This document shows positions 1 to 7,119 of a DNA stretch of 25,566 nt, in pieces. Made by a program: the position numbers and the translations under genes. The DNA comes from a virus (taxonomy: Duplodnaviria; Heunggongvirae; Uroviricota; Caudoviricetes). The DNA is taken from the IMG/VR virus record IMGVR_UViG_3300042340_000144. One strand, 5' to 3'. The stretch's first letter is position 1, and every line of letters starts with the position of its first letter. A model generated the notes under the pieces. That model had not been told where the DNA came from. It saw only the letters and a program-made list of their open reading frames with translations, and searched no databases.

Positions 1-22
1 TTTTAATTTAAATAATATTATT

Positions 23-838
23 TTATCTATATAATGGATTAAATTTAAAAATCTTACTAAATGTTTTTTGAATCCAAGTTCTTTTTAATAATATAGATTG
101 CAGACAATCTTCTAATTCATTAGATATTTTATAAACTCTTTTTGTTAATGATTTATTGCATAAAAAGTCTTCAGAAGATTTATTTATTAAATGTATTTCT
201 AATATTCCATATATATCTTTATTAACAGCTAATAATTTATAGTATTTAGTAGTTAAATCAACTTTATCAATATACGAGTTAACTGTATATTCTAAATCTG
301 TCTCATTAAATTTTTTATAAGATACAGTAGAACCCAATTCTATTTCTTTTTTTATACTTTTTAAAGGTATATTTTGAATCTCTTTTTTATTAGATTTAGT
401 ACCATTACTAAGAACTTCATAAATCATACTTAGTTTCATTTGATGAGAATTTGTATGATCAAAAGTTCCATTATGTATCTTAGCTATAGTAATCCTATCT
501 GCATCTAAAACTCCTAGTAATTGATTCATTAAGTCATCAATTCTATCTTGAATAATTAAATCTTCTTTTGTAATATAATGATAAGTATCTATTACTTGTT
601 TAGGTAATATAATTACATCATTTATAATTGTAACTATATCTTTTGTTTTTTGAATTATAAATACAATTAAAAAGAAATATAGTATAAAACTACCATCAGA
701 ATAATTTTCTAATCCTACTGCTTCTTTAACGTCATAAAATTTACTAGGAGGTACATTACTTTTTATTTCTGTCTTATTTGTATTATTAGTATTAGTAGTA
801 ATAATATTATTTATGGGTATATCTTCTTTTTTAGACAT
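23..838 (-). CDS. Single-TM protein with GAF-like C-terminal domain; possible T4 T-type holin-like protein
   Basis: 271 aa. Asn-rich N-terminus, one hydrophobic stretch (FILYFFLIVFII), then LDADRITIAKIHNG...KLSMIYEV resembling the start of a GAF fold. The holin call is inferred from topology only. Confidence 0.4.
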   Translation of the reverse strand: MSKKEDIPINNIITTNTNNTNKTEIKSNVPPSKFYDVKEAVGLENYSDGSFILYFFLIVFIIQKTKDIVTIINDVIILPKQVIDTYHYITKEDLIIQDRIDDLMNQLLGVLDADRITIAKIHNGTFDHTNSHQMKLSMIYEVLSNGTKSNKKEIQNIPLKSIKKEIELGSTVSYKKFNETDLEYTVNSYIDKVDLTTKYYKLLAVNKDIYGILEIHLINKSSEDFLCNKSLTKRVYKISNELEDCLQSILLKRTWIQKTFSKIFKFNPLYR

Positions 839-988
839 ATAATTATTATTATTTTAGATAATTTATTAGCTATAATAAACATTATTTATATGAATATACT
901 AAGACAAATAAATAATTAATAGACTACATTTTGATTAAATAATATATAATAATAAACATTATTAACAGTATATAAAACAATTAAAATA

Positions 989-1108
989 ATGGCAGCTAAA
1001 CAACCAGCAAAGAAGACTTACTCATCAACTGCTAAGAAAGTAACTGCAAAGAAATCTACAACTAAGATGAGTTCTAAAATGATTAAACCAAGTATGGGTT
1101 GTAAATAA
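989..1108 (+). CDS. 39-aa Lys/Ala/Ser/Thr-rich basic peptide (histone H1-like composition), not in ORF track
   Basis: ATG at 989, TAA at 1106-1108. MAAKQPAKKTYSSTAKKVTAKKSTTKMSSKMIKPSMGCK has 11 Lys and no acidic residue, and is followed by a terminator. Confidence 0.6.
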   Translation: MAAKQPAKKTYSSTAKKVTAKKSTTKMSSKMIKPSMGCK

Positions 1109-1121
1109 ATAATAATAATAA

Positions 1122-1162
1122 ATAAAAAGAAGGTCTAGTTATAATATTAGACCTTTTTTTAT
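1122..1162. terminator. Bidirectional intrinsic terminator
   Basis: Stem AAGGTCTA (1130-1137) / TAGACCTT (1148-1155), flanked by A-rich and T-rich runs, between convergent genes. Confidence 0.75.
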
Positions 1163-1182
1163 TGTTTATATTTAATTAATAA

Positions 1183-1761
1183 CTACTTACTGTTTTTATC
1201 AACAATATATGTAACATCTTCAATAACAAAAGAAATAAGCTTTCTCAATTCAACTGTTCTAATGTTACTACCATCAATACCATCTGGTAATTCCATATCA
1301 TATACAAGCATAATACCTAAACCATTATTAGGAGTATATACAGTGCCTGTGATAGTTCTAAGACTGCCATCATGCTTAATAAATGTGGCAGTAATGTCCT
1401 CATTCTTTTTTAGTTCACTAATAAGTTTAATAGAGTCCCATACATTTAAACTAATTGTTTTAACTTCATCATCTTCTTGTTCATCAAATTCAACTGTATT
1501 TAAATAATAAGTTCTAAAAGTACCATTATCACTATAACTAAAATAACTATTATCAGCTAAAATAATCATTGCATCAGATACAATATTCTGAGTAAGGTTA
1601 GGTCTAAATGTAATAGGTCCAACATCAATAGTTGCATGTCTAATTCTCAATTCATTCTTAATATCAAGAGTAGTAGTAGAACCCTTTTGTTTAATTAATC
1701 TAATTGCTGTAGCTAAGACTAAATCATTATAAAACTCTGTTGTTGCGTCATTATTATTCAT
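1183..1761 (-). CDS. N-terminal HTH-like domain plus C-terminal phage WYL_2/SH3-like domain
   Basis: C-terminal ITATFIKHDGSLRTITGT...VYDME...IRTVELRKLISF matches the phage F-x-K-x-DG-x-x-R SH3-like pattern. AGGA Shine-Dalgarno upstream. Confidence 0.55.
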   Translation of the reverse strand: MNNNDATTEFYNDLVLATAIRLIKQKGSTTTLDIKNELRIRHATIDVGPITFRPNLTQNIVSDAMIILADNSYFSYSDNGTFRTYYLNTVEFDEQEDDEVKTISLNVWDSIKLISELKKNEDITATFIKHDGSLRTITGTVYTPNNGLGIMLVYDMELPDGIDGSNIRTVELRKLISFVIEDVTYIVDKNSK

Positions 1762-1780
1762 TATATTTATCCTTTATTAA

Positions 1781-2965
1781 TTACAACCAAACTATATATT
1801 CTAAGTAACATTGTTCTTCTCTATAAACAATGATTTCACTGTTTAATAAACCATTACCAGCTTCAACAAAAGTACTATCATATCCTCTTTGCTTTAACTG
1901 GTCATAAGTTAATTCAAAAGAATTACCTCTATACCAGCCCTTATAAACATAAGGATTACCAACAAATACTTTATATATTAGTAACACCTTATCATTATCA
2001 TAACCAGTATATCCTAATGATTTACTAGTAACTTCAGAGAAGTAGTTTCCATCTCCGTAAATTTTCCCAGAAAAGTTAAAGTTACCACTGGGTCTTATCT
2101 TTAAACCTTGTTCAATAATAGGTATAACAGAACTACATCTAGTCCCATGTATTAAATGTCTATGACCTTTTGTAATGTCTTTATTATTACTTTCTAAGTA
2201 GTTATAATACTTTTGTTTATGTTTATCAATATCAACTTTAAACAGGCCTTTAATCCTACTTCCAAGTTGTTTAGTTATATAACTAATATCATTTGGATAG
2301 TCTTTAATAACTTGTATAGATATATTTAAAGTAGATGCAATAGTATTAACAATAGGTTGTTTATCACAAGTCTCAATATCACTATTAACATCTTCTATAA
2401 CTTGTGATGCTAAAGCATCTAACTTATCTTGTTCTTGTTCTACAAGTTTATTTAAAGATATATTAGGCAATAAGTAATCTTGTACTTTCCTCATATATCT
2501 AGGAATAACTGTATATAACTTTAACAGTAAATCATTAACATATTGTATATCATATTCCTCACCAACTTGGGCCAAATCATTAATATAAAGTTGAGCCTGT
2601 TCTAGCTGTCTTCTAGTAACTTGAGTAGCTTTAACACTATAAGTAGTAGATACAAGACCGTCTCTATAATCCATCATCTTCTTTAAAAAGATATCATATA
2701 GTTCTTGTGTATATACAATGTTATTAGTTACATTATTAATATCCTTAACAACTGCTACAAACTCAGTAACATCTTTATAACCCTTCTTTAACTTACTTTT
2801 AATTAAAGAATTCCATTGATGTAAGGGTTTAGTTATCTCAATACATGAACTATCAACTCTACCATATTTAACCTGTATACATTCACTTGTTTCTTGCATC
2901 TCATAGTACTTATTATGATTATCTTCAGTTGTCATAACAAGTCTACAAAATCTATAATTAGTCAT
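1781..2965 (-). CDS. Poly(ADP-ribose) polymerase-like protein (WGR + helical regulatory + catalytic domains)
   Basis: WGR-like NHNKYYEMQ...VKYGRV. Regulatory-domain-like LEQAQLYINDL...LYTVIP...EQEQDKLDAL. Catalytic H-Y-E triad in LIHGT, GKIYGDGNYF...SKSLGY and NSEIIVY. Confidence 0.9.
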   Translation of the reverse strand: MTNYRFCRLVMTTEDNHNKYYEMQETSECIQVKYGRVDSSCIEITKPLHQWNSLIKSKLKKGYKDVTEFVAVVKDINNVTNNIVYTQELYDIFLKKMMDYRDGLVSTTYSVKATQVTRRQLEQAQLYINDLAQVGEEYDIQYVNDLLLKLYTVIPRYMRKVQDYLLPNISLNKLVEQEQDKLDALASQVIEDVNSDIETCDKQPIVNTIASTLNISIQVIKDYPNDISYITKQLGSRIKGLFKVDIDKHKQKYYNYLESNNKDITKGHRHLIHGTRCSSVIPIIEQGLKIRPSGNFNFSGKIYGDGNYFSEVTSKSLGYTGYDNDKVLLIYKVFVGNPYVYKGWYRGNSFELTYDQLKQRGYDSTFVEAGNGLLNSEIIVYREEQCYLEYIVWL

Positions 2966-2982
2966 ATTAATACACTTTATAA

Positions 2983-3375
2983 TTATTTAAATAAGCTTGT
3001 ATTAACATTACAAACATTAGTTGCTAATACAAAAGATAAAGGATGTAATTCCTGTTCTGTTACACTCTTTAAAATATCTACAGCAGTATAAAAATCAGCA
3101 CTATTATACTTACTAAAATTCAAAGGATCTAGCCAAATAATATTAACTTTAATATTAACACTATCTTCTATAAAACTAAACTCTTTACTCTTCCAACTAT
3201 TAATTGTAGTTACATCATTTAAACAATCTTTTAATACATCCCAAGTATTTTCAAAGTCATCTGAAATCTTTAATAGGCCCTTAATTTGAGCCAAAAAAGA
3301 AGCTTTATCAAATGTCTTTGCACCATCCAATACAAGATAAATGTTATTAGAATCTTCTGTATTTATCCCTGTCAT
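2983..3375 (-). CDS. Barstar-family (RNase inhibitor fold) protein
   Basis: YLVLDGAKTFDKASFLAQIKGLLKISDDFENTWDVLKDCLND follows the barstar pattern. Start moved to ATG 3375 (MTGINT), which removes the overlap with the upstream ORF. Confidence 0.7.
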   Translation of the reverse strand: MTGINTEDSNNIYLVLDGAKTFDKASFLAQIKGLLKISDDFENTWDVLKDCLNDVTTINSWKSKEFSFIEDSVNIKVNIIWLDPLNFSKYNSADFYTAVDILKSVTEQELHPLSFVLATNVCNVNTSLFK

Positions 3376-3376
3376 A

Positions 3377-3589
3377 TTATGCCTTTTGTTTCTTTTTCCT
3401 AATATAGGTTCTAGTTTCAATAAGATCCAGTTGTTGCAATTCTGCAATAGCTTTATTAGCTTCATTAGGAGTAAGCCTACAACTTACAGCTTGATTAATT
3501 ACATCAATATACTTGCTTGTACTATAAAGACTGTAGTATAAAATAGCAGCCTCTTTACTTAGTAATTGATCAGTTAGTGTTATTCCCAA
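3377..3589 (-). CDS. Small hypothetical protein, possible winged-HTH
   Basis: 70 aa with TTG start (uncertain). LTPNEANKAIAELQQLDLI resembles a wHTH recognition helix. Confidence 0.4.
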   Translation of the reverse strand: MGITLTDQLLSKEAAILYYSLYSTSKYIDVINQAVSCRLTPNEANKAIAELQQLDLIETRTYIRKKKQKA

Positions 3590-3756
3590 TATTTTACTAC
3601 CCTATCAATCCAAATATAAAATCTAGTCTTCCACGACTTAAACTTTATTGTTTTATTAACTATATATTCTTCAATTAAACTGCCAATAGCAATAAGAATA
3701 AATGGATTTATAAAAACACAAACTATTATTAATAGTGCAATAAATAGATCTAAAAT
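3580..3756 (-). CDS. 58-codon membrane-protein-like reading frame lacking an ATG (ATT start or mutated start)
   Basis: Open frame ILDLFIALLIIVCVFINPFILIAIGSLIEEYIVNKTIKFKSWKTRFYIWIDRVVKYWE* fills the gap right after the thyX stop. Confidence 0.4.
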   Translation of the reverse strand: MLDLFIALLIIVCVFINPFILIAIGSLIEEYIVNKTIKFKSWKTRFYIWIDRVVKYWE

Positions 3757-3758
3757 AT

Positions 3759-4460
3759 TTAATAACCCCAGGCTTTAATAGTATGTTCAAAAGGATTACC
3801 TTCTATATTTTTAACTAGTTCAAGCATTTGCCTAGCAATATCATGTATTTCTAATTGAGCATGATCTTCATTTCTAAGTTGTAAGAAGTTATTAAAACTA
3901 CTCATATTAAACATAACATCAGCTTGTATTTGATTAGCATAGGTTTTAAAATATCTACAACTTTCTTTAGCCCTTTTTCTATTTTTAGCTTTAGTAACAT
4001 CTTTTAATGATTTATGATAAAGAAGATCTCCAAGATTAACGTACTGTTTCATTATATCTAGCCATTCAGTCTCCTCATCACATTCTAAATCTAAATAGTC
4101 TAAATGAAGATCTAAGCCACTTGACACTTTAATGCCTTGCCAATCTTGAGGTAAGTAATACTTATCTTCTTTTAATTCTTTATACCTTGCTGATTCAGCA
4201 TTTATGCTTGCTAATCTGTGTTTTAATAAATGTATATGTGAGGCTAAATCACAGTTAATTAAAAAATGAACCACACCTTTTTCAAATGGTGACTTATGCT
4301 TATTAGGTTCTGCATTCCATAGTTGATTAATAAGTGCTGGAACTCTGTCTAATTTATCTTGTGTTAATTCTCTAGATGTAGAACTCCAAGCGCTCAAAGC
4401 TATAGTTAGGTCACTACCATAGTATCCTAATAATTCTACACTGTTTGGTAATTCACTCAT
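3759..4460 (-). CDS. thyX: FAD-dependent thymidylate synthase
   Basis: Signature variant KHRLASINAESARY, N-terminal VELLGYYGSD...ALSAW, C-terminal NFLQLRNEDHAQLEI. Confidence 0.92.
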   Translation of the reverse strand: MSELPNSVELLGYYGSDLTIALSAWSSTSRELTQDKLDRVPALINQLWNAEPNKHKSPFEKGVVHFLINCDLASHIHLLKHRLASINAESARYKELKEDKYYLPQDWQGIKVSSGLDLHLDYLDLECDEETEWLDIMKQYVNLGDLLYHKSLKDVTKAKNRKRAKESCRYFKTYANQIQADVMFNMSSFNNFLQLRNEDHAQLEIHDIARQMLELVKNIEGNPFEHTIKAWGY

Positions 4461-4462
4461 TA

Positions 4463-5431
4463 TTATTTAATTTCCTCATATTTAAATATTAGTCCGTTAT
4501 GTTCTTTATTTTTATGTATGTATTTATGAAGAGTTCTATAATCTAAATTATATTTATCCCCACAAGGTTTTAATCCATAAACACTATCAATTTTATTATC
4601 AGTATTTACTTCAAAAACATTTATTAATTTCATTCCTTTATTAATAGGAATTTTAAAGTCTTTTATATAACTAATATAAATTCTATTTTCAATTAAACTT
4701 CCCTTCTTTATATATGTTGTTGCAAAGCCTTTAGGTATATTATAAAAATCAGCAGCCTCTGTTATACTTTTATGCTCAGAAAGAAAAATACCCTCTTTAT
4801 TAAAAACATAACAATGTACCTTATTGCCTGCCTGATTTGGGCTATAAGAATCTAATCTATCTTCTAGATCTTTACTAAACATATAACCATTTCTTTGTCT
4901 AGCATTTTTACTTTTACAGCATCTAACTATATCTGAATTATAAATATTAAGATCTCTTCCTGCTTCACTTAAAGAGTTATATATTTTAATTAAATCTCCT
5001 TCTAAGTTATAACAAGCTACTTTCTTTTTTGTATTATTACCCATTATTTTATGTTCAGTAATTTCTGGAGTTATTCTAAAATTAAATTTTCCTCCTTCAG
5101 TTAAATTATATCCTACATCTTTATTACTAGAATCAAATAAGGAAATATAATGTATTTCTCTATCATTTAGTTCATCTTGAGTACATAGCTCTAAAACACT
5201 AAATATAACTTGTTCTAGTGAATATTTTCTAATAGCTTTTATAACAAATCTATTATCTTTTTTATATAATCCAATATAAGACTTTATTCTTTTAGTGATA
5301 TTTTTAGACTGTCCAATATATACTTTTCCATTTGGGAATAATAATTTATATATTAAAGGCTTATTTTCTAAACTTTTAAATGCATAATCAAATTGATTAT
5401 TTATCTTTAGATCTGATAGTTTCCAGTTCAT
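4463..5431 (-). CDS. Free-standing GIY-YIG homing endonuclease with NUMOD1-type DNA-binding repeats
   Basis: LIYKL...KVYIGQS...R...LNDREIHYI...GYNLTEGG, followed by repeats such as KKVACYNLEGDLIKIYNSLSEAGRDL. Confidence 0.9.
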   Translation of the reverse strand: MNWKLSDLKINNQFDYAFKSLENKPLIYKLLFPNGKVYIGQSKNITKRIKSYIGLYKKDNRFVIKAIRKYSLEQVIFSVLELCTQDELNDREIHYISLFDSSNKDVGYNLTEGGKFNFRITPEITEHKIMGNNTKKKVACYNLEGDLIKIYNSLSEAGRDLNIYNSDIVRCCKSKNARQRNGYMFSKDLEDRLDSYSPNQAGNKVHCYVFNKEGIFLSEHKSITEAADFYNIPKGFATTYIKKGSLIENRIYISYIKDFKIPINKGMKLINVFEVNTDNKIDSVYGLKPCGDKYNLDYRTLHKYIHKNKEHNGLIFKYEEIK

Positions 5432-5436
5432 TTTAA

Positions 5437-5467
5437 TTATAATTACATTGTTTAGATGTAATTATAA
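5437..5467. promoter_or_regulatory. 12-bp perfect hairpin 5 nt upstream of the GIY-YIG start codon
   Basis: TTATAATTACAT / ATGTAATTATAA with a 7-nt loop. Confidence 0.6.
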
Positions 5468-5476
5468 CATAGCTAG

Positions 5477-5527
5477 CTAACTAAGTAAAGTATCACCACC
5501 AAAGTAATTTAATAGTTCAACTTGCAT
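5477..5527 (-). pseudogene. 16-codon remnant resembling a ThyX N-terminus
   Basis: MQVELLNYFGGDTLLS* aligns with SVELLGYYGSDLTIA of the intact thyX. It overlaps the end of the 5517..5837 ORF. Confidence 0.55.
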
Positions 5528-5837
5528 TATCTACTCCAATTGTACTTTCAGACCCATCATTAGCAACCTTATAATTGAACTTAATAGACTTAATATTAAA
5601 TCTATTATCACTATTAACCTTATTTCTTACTTCATTTAATAGCTGTTTACTATTATAAGTTTGCAACACTTGTCTAGCAACATTCAATGAACTATATACA
5701 ACATTATTATTAGAACCAACAGAATCTAACACTACAACATTTAATTCATTAGTAATGTATTCTGTGCTATGTCTATTTTGTCTTGTAAGTACAAACTGAT
5801 CCGTACTAATTTGATGTATTTTAAACTTATTATTCAT
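5517..5837 (-). CDS. Hypothetical protein
   Basis: 106-aa ORF tiling between dut and the GIY-YIG gene. Confidence 0.6.
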   Translation of the reverse strand: MNNKFKIHQISTDQFVLTRQNRHSTEYITNELNVVVLDSVGSNNNVVYSSLNVARQVLQTYNSKQLLNEVRNKVNSDNRFNIKSIKFNYKVANDGSESTIGVDNAS

Positions 5838-5851
5838 TATTTAATTATTAC

Positions 5852-6406
5852 TTAAACTCCACTACTACCAAAGCCATTATTACCTCTTTCAGTTGGAGGC
5901 AGTTCATCAACAAATTCAACCTTACAACCATAACCATTAGGATTAACAAGTTGTACTAATCTACTACCTTTAGTAATAATAATGTATTCTAAACCTCTAT
6001 TCATATCCAGATGTCTTTCTTCTGAATAAACATAACCATTATCATTAAATAAAACATGATCTACAAGAGCAATAATATTACCTCTATAAAGATCAATAGT
6101 ACCTGGTGTATTACTAATTCTAAGTCTAGTTTTAGCACCTGTTCCTGATCTTGGTCTTAAATCATAACCAACTTCATGTTCATATTGAAACTGTGTGCCT
6201 TCTTCATATACATAATAACCAGCAACTTGAACTTTATGATCAATCTTATTACTACCACTACCAATATAGATCTTAATATCCTCTGGAACAATAAGATCAA
6301 CACCTCTATCACCAAACTTGTAGTTACTCTTATAACTATCAATGTAAGCTTGCTTTAGTTCTAGATCTTTAACAACAATTCTAAATGTAATATCTTGTCT
6401 TTGCAT
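5852..6406 (-). CDS. dut: Trimeric-type dUTPase
   Basis: Motifs I-V: RGVDL, RPRSG, PGTIDLYRG, RLVQLV, ERGNNGFGSSG. Confidence 0.9.
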   Translation of the reverse strand: MQRQDITFRIVVKDLELKQAYIDSYKSNYKFGDRGVDLIVPEDIKIYIGSGSNKIDHKVQVAGYYVYEEGTQFQYEHEVGYDLRPRSGTGAKTRLRISNTPGTIDLYRGNIIALVDHVLFNDNGYVYSEERHLDMNRGLEYIIITKGSRLVQLVNPNGYGCKVEFVDELPPTERGNNGFGSSGV

Positions 6407-6456
6407 AATGTTTATAATTTATCTAATATGTTTTTTATTGCTTTAATGATACAAAC

Positions 6457-6708
6457 TTAACTAATAATCATTGGTGGTTTACCTTGAGCATCTAATACTG
6501 CTTGTATTATGTTAATAGAAGGCTCTAAGTCAGAAATATTAAATAATCCATACTCTTTACCATTACTAAACATCTTTTTAATAACAACAGATTCATCTTC
6601 TTTACAAGGACATTCAATAGGCCAATCCATAAACTCATAAACATGTCCTGCTAATTCTACTTCAACCTGTTTATAACAAATAGTACAATAAACTCTATGT
6701 AAACTCAT
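6457..6708 (-). CDS. Small Cys-containing protein (possible Zn binding)
   Basis: 83 aa with CTIC...ECPC. Confidence 0.55.
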   Translation of the reverse strand: MSLHRVYCTICYKQVEVELAGHVYEFMDWPIECPCKEDESVVIKKMFSNGKEYGLFNISDLEPSINIIQAVLDAQGKPPMIIS

Positions 6709-6766
6709 ATTTATTATTATTATTTATCCTATCTTTTATACTTTAAGTTGTGCTTTAATAGTTGTT

Positions 6767-6899
6767 GTCTCTTGTAATATCTTATGTTTATAACTGATGA
6801 AATTCAACACTTTATCTCTAATAATGATCCCAACACATGTAAAAGATTTTATACAAAATTATGTAAGTTATTGTTTAAGAATAAGATACTACAAGAGAC
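6767..6899. repeat. 19-bp inverted repeat (1 mismatch) whose left arm covers the HNH start codon
   Basis: GTCTCTTGTAATATCTTAT (6767-6785) versus ATAAGATACTACAAGAGAC (6881-6899). Confidence 0.75.
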
Positions 6900-7119
6900 T
6901 AATTATAGATGTATATACTGTAATGGTTTAGCTACAACATTAGATCATATTATAGCTGGTGGTCAGACTCTTCAAAGTAACTTAGTTGGTGCTTGTGAAA
7001 CATGTAATAAGAGTAAAGGAACTACTTATTGGAGAGTATGGTTTAAAGCTCAACCTAGTTACAATGAAGCTAGTGAGAAGTATATTTGCAGTAAGTTAAA
7101 TACTAATAAAATACTTTAA
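6784..7119 (+). CDS. HNH endonuclease (McrA-like, Zn-binding)
   Basis: CIYC...TLDHII...NLVGACETCNKSKG. Antisense to its neighbours. Confidence 0.88.
   Translation: MFITDEIQHFISNNDPNTCKRFYTKLCKLLFKNKILQETNYRCIYCNGLATTLDHIIAGGQTLQSNLVGACETCNKSKGTTYWRVWFKAQPSYNEASEKYICSKLNTNKIL

Noticed and set aside
1262-3541. Plus-strand ORFs 1262-1507, 2894-3091 and 3341-3541
   Set aside because: Antisense to well-supported genes, with no motifs.
4463-5527. Group I intron in thyX carrying the GIY-YIG gene
   Set aside because: Only about 45 nt upstream and 2 nt downstream of the ORF are available, which leaves no room for an intron core. The downstream thyX already has its own N-terminus.
6157-6358. ORFs 6157-6342 (-) and 6176-6358 (+)
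   Set aside because: Nested in dut in other frames.
3759-6406. Uracil- or hypermodified-base DNA pathway
   Set aside because: dUTPase plus ThyX indicate ordinary dTTP supply, and no base-modification enzymes are recognisable nearby.
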